Shown here: positions 1 through 9,424 of the stretch, one piece after another
How positions within the stretch are numbered: position 1 is the stretch's first letter
Layout of the letters: every line of letters begins with the position of its first letter
Assembly (NCBI GenBank): GCA_000685825.1
Contig: JMKQ01000006.1
Length of the DNA: 24,000 nt
Reading direction: 5' to 3' (one strand)
DNA from: Methylocystis sp. LW5
GTDB taxonomy: Bacteria > Pseudomonadota > Alphaproteobacteria > Rhizobiales > Beijerinckiaceae
The notes under the pieces: model-generated
Told to the model about the DNA's origin: nothing
Databases searched by the model: none
What the model saw: the letters and a program-made list of their open reading frames with translations, nothing else
Position numbers and translations under genes: made by a program

Positions 1-1
1 G

Positions 2-355
2 CCTTGGTCGCGAGCGCATGTCGCCGAGCTGAAGCTGTTGCGCCGCGCACTGCGTGAGGAGCGCAAGCTCGCCATCTCCTACGCCGACGGCAAAGGCGCG
101 CGCACGAGGCGCGTCGTCTGGCCGGTCGCGCTGGGCTTTTTCGAATCCGCCCGCGTGCTCGTCGCCTGGTGCGAGCTGAGAGGCGATTTTCGCCATTTCC
201 GCGCGGATCGCATCGAGGCGGCGGAAATGCTGGAGGAGCGCCCGCCGCGCCGACGCCAGACGCTGCAAAAGGAGTGGCGTCGCTCGATGCTGACAGAATC
301 TGACAGCGTGACGGCTTATGGACGTGCGGCGTCCTCGACCACAAAAGGAAATTCC
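2..355 (+). CDS. YafY-family (HTH/WYL) transcriptional regulator, C-terminal part; 5' end lies outside the window and the 3' end is unresolved
   Basis: The frame is open from the window edge. The segment VVWPVALGFFESARVLVAWCELRGDFRHFRADRI...RRRQTLQKEWR matches the conserved C-terminal region of YafY/WYL regulators as I recall it. There is no in-frame stop before the GST ATG at 356. Confidence 0.55.
291..314 (+). promoter_or_regulatory. Three direct TGACRG repeats (TGACAG-n4-TGACAG-n2-TGACGG), candidate operator about 45-65 nt upstream of the GST start
   Basis: Read directly: tgacag aatc tgacag cg tgacgg. They lie in the 3' end of the regulator frame. A regulatory role is inferred only. Confidence 0.3.
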
Positions 356-985
356 ATGTCCGAGATCGTCTTCTACACCAATCCGCAATCGCGCGGCATG
401 ATCGTGCATTGGCTGCTCGAGGAGATCGGCGCGCCCTATTCCATCGAGATCGAGGAATATGGCACCTCGATCAAATCGCCCGAGTTCCTCGCGATCAATC
501 CAATGGGCAAGGTGCCGGCGATCCGCCACGGCGACAAGGTGGTGACGGAGGCCGCGGCCATCTGCGCCTATCTCGCCGATGCGTTTCCGCAAGCCGGCCT
601 CGCGCCGCCGACGGCCGAGCGCAGCGCCTATTATCGCTGGCTGTTCTTCGCCGCCGGCTGCGTGGAGCCGGCGATGAGCAATCATTCCGTCGGCTGGGAC
701 CCGGCCGCGGACAGGCAGCGGAGCTTCGGCTACGGCTCATACGCCGCCGTGCTGGACACTCTGGCGAAAGCGCTGGCGGGACGGCGCTATATCGCCGGCG
801 ACGCCTTCAGCGCGGCCGATGTCTATCTCGGCTCGATGATCGGCTTCGGCATGCGCTTCGGCGTGCTGGAGAAGCGGCCGGAGTTCGAAGCCTATTGGGG
901 CGGCCTGGAGAATCGCCCGGCGCGGCTGCGCGCGCTCGAGCAGAACGAGAAGCTCGCCGCGCGGCAGGCCTGGGCGCCGGCCTGA
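356..985 (+). CDS. Glutathione S-transferase family protein (209 aa)
   Basis: ATG at 356 follows aaagga. The N-terminal thioredoxin-like GST pattern is present (IVFYTNPQSRG...INPMGKVPAI...ESAAICAYL-like), followed by a helical C-terminal domain. Confidence 0.85.
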   Translation: MSEIVFYTNPQSRGMIVHWLLEEIGAPYSIEIEEYGTSIKSPEFLAINPMGKVPAIRHGDKVVTEAAAICAYLADAFPQAGLAPPTAERSAYYRWLFFAAGCVEPAMSNHSVGWDPAADRQRSFGYGSYAAVLDTLAKALAGRRYIAGDAFSAADVYLGSMIGFGMRFGVLEKRPEFEAYWGGLENRPARLRALEQNEKLAARQAWAPA

Positions 986-1114
986 GCCGGGGCGGGACGG
1001 CCCCGCCCCCGATGATTTCTGTCGAGAGCTCGGCGCAGGCGGCAATTTTTACGGGCGGAGCGGTTTGCCATGCGCTAGAAAGCTGCGGGGCGAAGCGCCA
1101 TCGAAGCGACAGAG

Positions 1115-2194
1115 ATGACGGAACCAGAACGCAGACCGCGCCCGCGCGCCTTCCGCCTCGACGGCGAGCAGATCGTTCCCCCCAAGAGCGCGAAGCCGCT
1201 GGAGGCGGAGCGAGTCCAGCCCAGCGTCTTCGAGGCGCAGATCGACGTCTTCGCGCTCGAGGCCGAGGCGGCGCCGCGCGGTTTCGTCGAGGGGGAGAAG
1301 GCGATCGAGGCCGCGCAGAAGCGCGGCGTGCTGCGCAGCATGCTGGTCTCCTGGGGCGGATTGTTCATCTCGGCCGTGGCGGGGCTGCTGTCGCTGGCCG
1401 GCGGCATGTGGCTCACCAATCTGGTCGAGGATCTCTTCGCGCATTCGGCCATGCTCGGAACTGTCGGGCTCGCGCTCGCCGGCCTGGCGCTCGTCGCCGC
1501 CGCGGCGATGCTGACCAAGGAGATCGCCGCCATCGCGCGGCAGAATCGCATCGCCAAGCTGCATATCGCCCTCGCCGATGCGCGGCTGCGCGACGACATC
1601 AAAGCCGCGCGCGAGCATGTGAAGGAGCTGTGCAAGCTCTATGAGGACCGCCCCGAAACCGGCCGGGCGCGCGCGCTGGTGCTGGAATTCTCGCAGCAGA
1701 TCATCGACGGGCGCGATCTCGTCGATCTCGCCGAGCGCCATCTCGCGCATCCGCTGGACGCGCAGGCGCGGCGCGAGATCGCCGACGCCTCCAAGCGCGT
1801 CTCCATCGTCACCACGGTCAGCCCACGCGCGCTGCTCGACGTTCTGTTCGTCGCCGCGCAGGCGATAAGGCTGATGCGCCGCATCGCCGAAATCTATGGC
1901 GGACGGCCGGGAATGCTGGGCTTCTTCAAGCTCGCGCGCTCGGTCGGCGCGCATCTCGCCATCACCGGCGGGCTCGCCATCGGCGATTCGCTGCTACAGC
2001 AGGTGGTCGGCCATGGCATCGCCGCCAAGCTCTCCGCCAAGCTCGGCGAGGGCGTGCTCAACGGCCTATTGACCGCGCGCGTCGGCCTCTCGGCCATGGC
2101 GGTCTGCCGGCCCATGCCCTTCAGCGCCGAAAAGCCGCCCGGCGTCGCCGATGTGGCGCCTTTCTTGTTCGGCGACCGCAGCAGCGGCGGCTGA
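1115..2194 (+). CDS. ycjF: YcjF-family (UPF0283/DUF697) inner-membrane protein
   Basis: 359-aa ORF with the typical RPRAFRLD N-terminus, two central TM helices and a long conserved C-terminal region (SPRALLDVLFV...IAEIYGGRPG...GLSAMAVCRPMPF). Confidence 0.8.
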   Translation: MTEPERRPRPRAFRLDGEQIVPPKSAKPLEAERVQPSVFEAQIDVFALEAEAAPRGFVEGEKAIEAAQKRGVLRSMLVSWGGLFISAVAGLLSLAGGMWLTNLVEDLFAHSAMLGTVGLALAGLALVAAAAMLTKEIAAIARQNRIAKLHIALADARLRDDIKAAREHVKELCKLYEDRPETGRARALVLEFSQQIIDGRDLVDLAERHLAHPLDAQARREIADASKRVSIVTTVSPRALLDVLFVAAQAIRLMRRIAEIYGGRPGMLGFFKLARSVGAHLAITGGLAIGDSLLQQVVGHGIAAKLSAKLGEGVLNGLLTARVGLSAMAVCRPMPFSAEKPPGVADVAPFLFGDRSSGG

Positions 2195-2236
2195 CGATAT
2201 GGCGGCGCGGATTTTCCCTCTCGAGAAGACAAACGG

Positions 2237-3037
2237 ATGAAGATCACCACCTGGAACATCAATTCCGTGCGCCTGCGCATGCCGATCGTCGCGCAATTCT
2301 TGAAGGAGCACGCGCCGGACGTCATCTGCCTGCAGGAGACCAAGTGCCGCAACGCCGAATTTCCCTATTCGGATTTTCGCGCGCTCGGCTATGAGCATTT
2401 CGCCATCAATGGCCAGAAGGGCTATCACGGCGTCGCCATCGTCTCGAAACAGCCGCTGGAGCTATTAGAGACGCGCGATTTCTGCGAGAAAGGCGACGCG
2501 CGCCATGTGTCGGTCGGCGTCCCCAATGGCGGGGCGCCGGTCACGATCCATAATTTCTACGTGCCGGCCGGCGGCGACGAGCCTAATCGCGAGATCAATC
2601 CGAAATTCGCCCATAAGCTCGATTTTCTGGACGAGATGGCGGAATGGATTCAGCGTGATCGCGTGACCGACGGCCGCGTCGTGCTGGTCGGCGACCTCAA
2701 TATCGCGCCGCTGGAGCAGGACGTCTGGAGCCATAAGGCGCTGCTCCAAGTGGTGAGCCACACGCCGATCGAGGTGGAGAAGCTCGGCCGCGTGGTCGAG
2801 GCCGGGCGCTGGATCGACACGATGCGCCGCTTCGTGCCCAAGGAGGAGAAGCTCTATACGTGGTGGAGCTATCGCGCCTCGGATTGGGAGAAATCCGACC
2901 GCGGCCGCCGGCTCGATCACATTTGGGCGAGCGAGGCGCTCTCCGGCGCGCTCGAGCAGATGCATGTGCTGCGCGAGGCGCGCAATTGGACGCGCCCCTC
3001 CGACCATGTGCCGGTGACGATCTCACTGGCGGTCTGA
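2237..3037 (+). CDS. xthA: Exodeoxyribonuclease III (AP endonuclease)
   Basis: MKITTWNINSVRLR...DVICLQETK...GDLNIAP...WSYR...RLDHIW...SDHVPV are hallmark ExoIII/EEP motifs. Length 266 aa. Confidence 0.95.
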   Translation: MKITTWNINSVRLRMPIVAQFLKEHAPDVICLQETKCRNAEFPYSDFRALGYEHFAINGQKGYHGVAIVSKQPLELLETRDFCEKGDARHVSVGVPNGGAPVTIHNFYVPAGGDEPNREINPKFAHKLDFLDEMAEWIQRDRVTDGRVVLVGDLNIAPLEQDVWSHKALLQVVSHTPIEVEKLGRVVEAGRWIDTMRRFVPKEEKLYTWWSYRASDWEKSDRGRRLDHIWASEALSGALEQMHVLREARNWTRPSDHVPVTISLAV

Positions 3038-3045
3038 AAACCGAG

Positions 3046-3564
3046 TCAGGCGTTGACCTGCGCTCGCAGCTCGGAGAGCGAGGCGAAGCGCCGCACGCGG
3101 CCCTCGCCGCGAATCTCGACCGAGCCGTCGGAAAACATCACATAGAGCGCGCCGCCATTCTCATAGCGGTCGACCTCGACCGGCTCCGCCTCGACATAGC
3201 GCTTGGGCGCATAGGCCTCGAAGCCAGGCGGCGGCGCCATGGCTGTCGGCGGGGCCATCGCCGGCGGCGGCTCCATCTCCGGCGCGAGGGCCGGCTGCGA
3301 AATCACGGGCGCCGGCGCGATGCGCGCCGCCTGCGGAGCGAATGTCGCGAGCGCATGGTCGAGACGCGACAGAGCGGCGACGATCGCCAAAGTCACCACG
3401 CCGCCCGAGAGAGCCACCGCGCCCGAGATGAACAGGCTCCAGCCGCGCTCGATCTGGATCTTGTCCCAGCCTTCGAACATCGCCGCCACGCCCCAAGTCG
3501 TGAGCGCGACGCCGAGCCCCAAGACGCCCCAACGCGTCAGCCGAAAGAACCAGACGCTCCGCAT
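3046..3564 (-). CDS. Hypothetical membrane protein with Pro/Ala-rich linker (172 aa)
   Basis: Internal ATG at 3564 is preceded by gaggaagagg. It has two predicted TM helices, a PAPV/PPPAMAPP linker and a small C-terminal domain. I recognise no family. Confidence 0.55.
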   Translation of the reverse strand: MRSVWFFRLTRWGVLGLGVALTTWGVAAMFEGWDKIQIERGWSLFISGAVALSGGVVTLAIVAALSRLDHALATFAPQAARIAPAPVISQPALAPEMEPPPAMAPPTAMAPPPGFEAYAPKRYVEAEPVEVDRYENGGALYVMFSDGSVEIRGEGRVRRFASLSELRAQVNA

Positions 3565-3911
3565 GTTCCGCCTCTTCCTCTCGCATGGCGACCGTGCAAC
3601 CGGCGACGAGATCACGCGCGAGAATCGTCGCCCGCCATCTGTTAGCACGCCCGCTCGCGGGTCGCGCCGACGGTTTTCGCCAAGCATTCCATGCACGCAT
3701 TCCGCGCGAGAATTCCGGCGCGAGTGTGGAGAAACGCCGCACGCGCCGTGACCGGCCCCCAAAGATGATATTCAACCCTTTAGAAAACAATATTTCTGCG
3801 TCGTAACGTCACATGGAATTCGGTGACGCCGATACAGACATCAATAATGGAGACCAATGTCTCCAGGAGGAAAGTCGGCAACGATCCGCCTATCTCAGGG
3901 GAGTCGAAACC

Positions 3912-4562
3912 ATGGATACGCGCTCATCGAGGCGTAATATATTCGCACTGAGCTTTCTCTTCGCTTTGGCGACAGCGGGTTCTGCTTTCGCGCATGGCGG
4001 GGTAAAGCTCGAGCAGGACGAATGCGTGACGACAGTCGGTCCGGTGAAGGTGCATTTCATCGGCTATCAGCGAAAAGGCGAGCCGGAGGAGTTCTGCGAC
4101 GACATCGCCCGGACCGGCCCGACGGTGATCGCGCTCACGGCCATCGATTCCGGTCGCCAGCCGGATTCCTACATGGCCCAGAATCGGGAGGCCGCTGCGC
4201 CTGCCGGCCCGGCCGTGGATGTACGCGACATCGCCATTGGCGTGCGCATCGTCAAGGACGGAAGCGACGCCGCGGCGCCGGAGTTCTACGCGCCGCCGAA
4301 GATTCATAACAACGCCACCATGACCTTCGAGCATGACTTCAAGGAGCCGGGAAATTATGTGGCCATCATCACCGTCGCCGATCGCGACGGGCATGAGTGG
4401 AGCTCGCGCTTTCCCTTCCGCGTCGGCGTGCTCAGCCTGTGGAACACGATCGAATATGTCCTCTACGGGATCGGCTTCCTCGGACTGACCGCCGGTCTGT
4501 GGCTGGTGGCCTGGCGGCGCGGAGCGCAGCCGGAGCAGACCGCCCTCCATCAGGCGGAATGA
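3912..4562 (+). CDS. PmoD/AmoD-family protein, orphan paralog (216 aa): signal peptide, cupredoxin-like periplasmic domain, C-terminal TM helix
   Basis: ATG at 3912 follows ggggag. The architecture and motifs parallel the operon PmoD: Cys38-x9-His48-x13-Cys62 versus Cys41-x9-His51-x13-Cys65, TFEHDFKEPGNY versus NFEHKFTEKGHF, and a C-terminal TM anchor. Confidence 0.75.
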   Translation: MDTRSSRRNIFALSFLFALATAGSAFAHGGVKLEQDECVTTVGPVKVHFIGYQRKGEPEEFCDDIARTGPTVIALTAIDSGRQPDSYMAQNREAAAPAGPAVDVRDIAIGVRIVKDGSDAAAPEFYAPPKIHNNATMTFEHDFKEPGNYVAIITVADRDGHEWSSRFPFRVGVLSLWNTIEYVLYGIGFLGLTAGLWLVAWRRGAQPEQTALHQAE

Positions 4563-4590
4563 CCACAGCCTCGCAGGCGAAATGACCACA

Positions 4591-4626
4591 GCCCGTCCGA
4601 TCGAAGATCGGGCGGGCTTTTTTCGC
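4591..4626 (+). terminator. Rho-independent terminator after the PmoD paralog
   Basis: 12-bp stem gcccgtccgatc/gatcgggcgggc (one G-U pair), loop gaa, then TTTTTT at 4618-4623. Confidence 0.75.
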
Positions 4627-4768
4627 GCCCGGAATGCGCTTGTCGTCCGAGCTTTGCACGAAAATTGTTAGACTGCGGCCGTGCGAGATTGCTTGGAGCC
4701 CTGCCGGGTTCTAGGTAGAGGCGAGCGGAGAATGCTGCGCTCGCGAACCCAAGTCAGGAGCAAGGAAT

Positions 4769-5368
4769 ATGAGCTTCACCCTTCCCGACCTTCCCTACGC
4801 CTATGATGCGCTGCAGCCCTATTTGTCGAAGGAATCCTTCGAGTATCATCACGACAAGCATCATGCGACCTATGTCACCAACGCCAATAATCTGATCAAA
4901 GGCACCGAGTTCGAGGGCAAGCCGATCGAGGAGATCATCGTCGCCTCCTACGGCAAGAACGTGCCGATCTTCAACAATGTGGCGCAGATCTACAACCACT
5001 CCGAATATTGGAAGTGGCTGAAGCCCAATGGCGGCGGCGCGATTCCCGCCAAGGTCGAGAAGGCGATCGTCGAGTCCTTCGGCTCGGTCGACAAGTTCAA
5101 GGAAGAGTTCCAGACCCAGGGTCTCGGCCAGTTCGGCTCGGGCTGGGTGTGGCTCGAGATCAAGGACGGCAAGCTCGCCGTGCGCAAGACCCCGAACGCC
5201 GAGAACCCGCTGGTGTTCGGCGCCAAGCCGCTGCTGGTCGCCGATGTGTGGGAGCACGCCTATTACATCGACTACCGCAATCGCCGCGCCGACTTCCTCA
5301 AGGCCTTCCTCGAGCATCTCGTGAATTGGGAATATGTCGAGGAGCTCTACGAGGCCGCGACGAAGTAA
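4769..5368 (+). CDS. sodB: Iron superoxide dismutase
   Basis: SFTLPDLPYAYDALQPY...HHDKHH...FNNVAQIYNH...DVWEHAYYIDYRN. The AQ before NH and an Ala rather than Gln before DVWEHAYY are Fe-type features. RBS aggag. Confidence 0.95.
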   Translation: MSFTLPDLPYAYDALQPYLSKESFEYHHDKHHATYVTNANNLIKGTEFEGKPIEEIIVASYGKNVPIFNNVAQIYNHSEYWKWLKPNGGGAIPAKVEKAIVESFGSVDKFKEEFQTQGLGQFGSGWVWLEIKDGKLAVRKTPNAENPLVFGAKPLLVADVWEHAYYIDYRNRRADFLKAFLEHLVNWEYVEELYEAATK

Positions 5369-5379
5369 GACAGTTTCAT

Positions 5380-5408
5380 ACGGCGGCGGCGCGATGCGTC
5401 GCCGCCGT
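5380..5408 (+). terminator. Hairpin after sodB, candidate terminator
   Basis: The stem acggcggcg/cgccgccgt extends to about 13 bp with a 3-nt loop. The downstream U-tract (caaataatctt) is weak. Confidence 0.4.
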
Positions 5409-5443
5409 CAAATAATCTTCTCACTGTCCTCTCGTCGAGAAGT

Positions 5444-5599
5444 TCAGTGCGCGCGCGGCAAATGCCAAAGCGCCACGAGGATGATTGCGGTCGCGAAGAT
5501 CGTCAGGCCGCCGAGCCTCGCGGTCACGCGCAATTCGAACGCGCGAAGGTCGGAGCGCAGGATCGATAGGTCGCGCTCGCGATTTGTCGCCTCGGCCAT
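5444..5599 (-). CDS. Small membrane protein (51 aa), not in the ORF track
   Basis: I translated MAEATNRERDLSILRSDLRAFELRVTARLGGLTIFATAIILVALWHLPRAH by hand. Third-position GC is high and there is one TM helix. Its ATG directly abuts the aatA stop (TAAATG). Confidence 0.4.
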   Translation of the reverse strand: MAEATNRERDLSILRSDLRAFELRVTARLGGLTIFATAIILVALWHLPRAH

Positions 5600-6838
<1,239 letters not shown>

Positions 6839-6979
6839 TCAGGTCGAAGATAGACGCGGCGGACGTGCGGGGCAATCGAAAATCAGCCCGCCGCCCCCGC
6901 GTCGAAACGAAGCGCTTAACCTCTCCTCCGTAGAATTGCGACGCTCGACTTCACCTCGAGCCGTGGAGAGGCGCGGAAC

Positions 6980-8215
6980 ATGTGGGAAAAGCTGTGCAGC
7001 GGCGATTGGCTCGACGAAGAGCGTCTGCGCGTCTATCCGGCGATGCTGCTCCTGCTCGCGATCGGCTGTGTCGCGGCCGTGCTGATGACGGCAAAGGGCC
7101 GCTTCGACGCCAATGGCCATCCGCTCGGCACGGATTTCAGCCAAGTGTGGGTCGCCGGCCTCGAGACCTTGCGCGGCCATCCGGAACAGCCCTTTGATCT
7201 TGCAAGCCACATCGCCGAGCAGCGCGCCGAATTCGGCGCCGGCAGCGACGTCTATGGCTGGCATTACCCGCCCTATTTCCTCGCCCCGGCGACGGCGCTC
7301 GCGCATCTTCCCTATCTCGAAGCGCTCGCCGTCTGGCAGATGACGACGCTCGCCCTCTATCTCATCGCCGTGCTCGCGCTCATGCATGGCGGCGCGGCGC
7401 CACCCGGGCGCGTCGCGCTTCTCGCGCTCGCCTTTCCGGCGACGCTCGTCAATCTCGGCCATGGGCAGAACGGCTTTTTGACCGCGGCCCTGCTCGGCTT
7501 CGGCTTTCTGGCGCTGCCGCGCCGGCCGGCGCTCGCCGGCCTCTGCTTCGCGCTGCTCGCTTATAAGCCGCAATTCGCGCTCGCGCTGCCGGTCGCGCTC
7601 ATCGTCGGCGGCCATTGGCGCGCGCTCGCTTCGGCCGCCGCCTCGCTCCTCGTGATGACGCTCGCCAGCCTCTTCTTCTTCGGCCCAGAAAGCTGGATCG
7701 CCTTTGTTCAGAATCTCGACGTCACGCGCGATCTCGTCGTCGAACGCGGCGCGGCCGGCTTTCCGAAAATCCAGAGCGTCTTCGCAGCGGCGCGCCTGCT
7801 CGGCGCCGATATAGCGACGGCCTATGCCGCGCAGACTCTGGCCACGGCGACGACTCTCGCCGCGCTCGTCTGGCTGTGGCGCAGCGGCGCCGATTATCGC
7901 GCCAAGGCCGCCGGCGCGATCGTCGCGACATTCCTCACGACGCCCTATTGTCTCGACTACGATATGACGGCGCTCGCGCCCGCCTTCGCGCTGCTCGTCT
8001 CCTTTGGGCTCGAACGCGGCTTCGGTCCCTATATGAAAAGCGCTCTCACCGCGGCTTTCATCATTCCGCTCGCGGCGCGCCCCGTGGCAACGGCGACGTC
8101 TCTGCCTCTCGGCGCGATCACAATGGCCGCATTGTTCGCGATAATTCTGTCAAATTCGCGCGAGGCATGTTTTCGCCACGCAGGCGCCACTGCGTCGCTA
8201 CGATCGCCGGCCTGA
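6980..8215 (+). CDS. Polytopic membrane protein, DUF2029 / glycosyltransferase family 87-like
   Basis: 411 aa with 10 or more hydrophobic helices. The N-terminal region GTDFSQVWVAG...YPPYFL resembles DUF2029 mannosyltransferase-like proteins. The assignment is from memory. Confidence 0.6.
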   Translation: MWEKLCSGDWLDEERLRVYPAMLLLLAIGCVAAVLMTAKGRFDANGHPLGTDFSQVWVAGLETLRGHPEQPFDLASHIAEQRAEFGAGSDVYGWHYPPYFLAPATALAHLPYLEALAVWQMTTLALYLIAVLALMHGGAAPPGRVALLALAFPATLVNLGHGQNGFLTAALLGFGFLALPRRPALAGLCFALLAYKPQFALALPVALIVGGHWRALASAAASLLVMTLASLFFFGPESWIAFVQNLDVTRDLVVERGAAGFPKIQSVFAAARLLGADIATAYAAQTLATATTLAALVWLWRSGADYRAKAAGAIVATFLTTPYCLDYDMTALAPAFALLVSFGLERGFGPYMKSALTAAFIIPLAARPVATATSLPLGAITMAALFAIILSNSREACFRHAGATASLRSPA

Positions 8216-8371
8216 CGACCACAAAAAATTCATCTCGCGAAAAAAACCGGCGCCCGCTGCTCGAGGCGTGAAACTTTTTGGCCGGCGCCGCCGTTTATCA
8301 TTCGCCGAGCGATCGTGGGAGCGGTCGCGACGCGTCGGACGTTCGGGGGAGCGTCCCGGAGAGGGTGCGTC

Positions 8372-8617
8372 ATGTCGTTGGTGGATAAGTTCGAAAACCG
8401 CATGGAGCCGGCTTTTACGCATAGCTTCGATCCGGAATCGGCGCGGCGTCAATTCAGGGTTTCTCTTTTCCTGGTCGCGGCAATGGCGCTCGCCGCCTTT
8501 ATCCTGGGCTTCGCTCTGCCGCTCAACGCCCCACGCAGCTCGCCGCCGACGCCCGCCGTCTCCTCCGACGCGAGCGATTTTTCCGGTCGCCTTCTCTCTT
8601 TGGATTCGGCCGACTGA
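8372..8617 (+). CDS. Hypothetical small membrane protein (81 aa)
   Basis: ATG at 8372 follows ggagagg. It has one TM helix (VSLFLVAAMALAAFILGFAL). No family recognised, and codon bias is only moderate. Confidence 0.35.
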   Translation: MSLVDKFENRMEPAFTHSFDPESARRQFRVSLFLVAAMALAAFILGFALPLNAPRSSPPTPAVSSDASDFSGRLLSLDSAD

Positions 8618-8678
8618 GCATAAAGAAGCGCGGCCCGGCAATGGCCGAACCGCGCGTCAGACCTCTACGTCTCCAGGG

Positions 8679-9293
8679 TCACTTCATATCCATGGACTTG
8701 TGATCGTCCTTGTGATCGTGATGGTCGTGATGGTCGTGGTGGTGCTCTTCAGCGCCGCCGGCCGGAGACGTCGTGCCGCCTTCCGGATGTGCCTTTTCCC
8801 ATCGCTGCATCGCCTCGGCGTCATGCGCATGCTTGGCGTCGGGCGCATCGACCGCCGCGTCGACCGTCACTTCACCCGCCTTCTCGAAGACGAGAACGAG
8901 TTCCATGCCCCAGCCGACGGGGTTGATCTTCTTGACCTCGGCGAGCACGACATGCGCGCCTTCGGGCGAGAGCGTCGTCGTCTTATTGGCCGCGATGGCG
9001 ATGCCGCCTTCCGCGATGGTGTGCTTGGCGTCGGCGTGCAAGGTAACCTTGCCGACGTTCGGCGATTTCACCGCAATGAGCTTGTCGGCGCCGCCCTTAT
9101 TGTGGACGAATGCGTAGAAATAGGCAGTGGTCTCGCCGTCCTTGGGCGCGCGCACCCAGGGATGCTCGATCGTCAGCTTGCCGAGCTCATATTCATGAGC
9201 CTGCGCCGCGCGCATCGGAGCCAAAACGCCGCACGCCGCGCCGCCCAATAGAGCGCCGCCAGCCGCCAACAGATCACGCCGCTTGATCATCAT
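8679..9293 (-). CDS. PCuAC (DUF461) periplasmic copper chaperone, His-type variant with His-rich C-terminal tail
   Basis: RBS aagggaga. Tat-like KRRDLL signal with predicted cleavage AQA|HEYELG. The PCuAC fold motif IEHPWVRAP is present. The canonical Met ligands are absent (LHADAKH and HVVLAEV where MxM/HxM are expected). The tail is EEHHHDHHDHHDHKDDHKSMDMK. Confidence 0.85.
   Translation of the reverse strand: MMIKRRDLLAAGGALLGGAACGVLAPMRAAQAHEYELGKLTIEHPWVRAPKDGETTAYFYAFVHNKGGADKLIAVKSPNVGKVTLHADAKHTIAEGGIAIAANKTTTLSPEGAHVVLAEVKKINPVGWGMELVLVFEKAGEVTVDAAVDAPDAKHAHDAEAMQRWEKAHPEGGTTSPAGGAEEHHHDHHDHHDHKDDHKSMDMK
8717..8743 (-). repeat. Three tandem 9-nt units (cgtgatggt, cgtgatggt, cgtggtggt) encoding the His/Asp-rich tail of PCuAC
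   Basis: Read directly from the sequence. In-frame triplet-multiple repeat inside the CDS. Confidence 0.8.
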
Positions 9294-9424
9294 GTGCGTT
9301 CTCCCTTACTTGCCCGACGAAAGCTCGTCGGCTGCATTCGTCGCTCTTTTCTCGGCGAGGCTCTCGCGGCCCCGTTCCGCCGCATCGCGACCATGCGACG
9401 AATTGCGCGCAACTCCTTCGCCGC

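Noticed and set aside
409-1954. Overlapping long ORFs (409-1644 plus strand, 1049-1954 and 1075-1635 minus strand) across the GST and ycjF genes
   Set aside because: They are out of frame or antisense to ORFs with clear family signatures. Their translations are Arg/Ala/Gly-rich with no domain features.
4558-4593. 13-nt direct repeat AATGACCACAGCC spaced 23 nt apart, overlapping the stop codon of the PmoD paralog and the terminator stem
   Set aside because: It is a real repeat but short and isolated. The most economical reading is a small local duplication next to the terminator, and no further structure depends on it.
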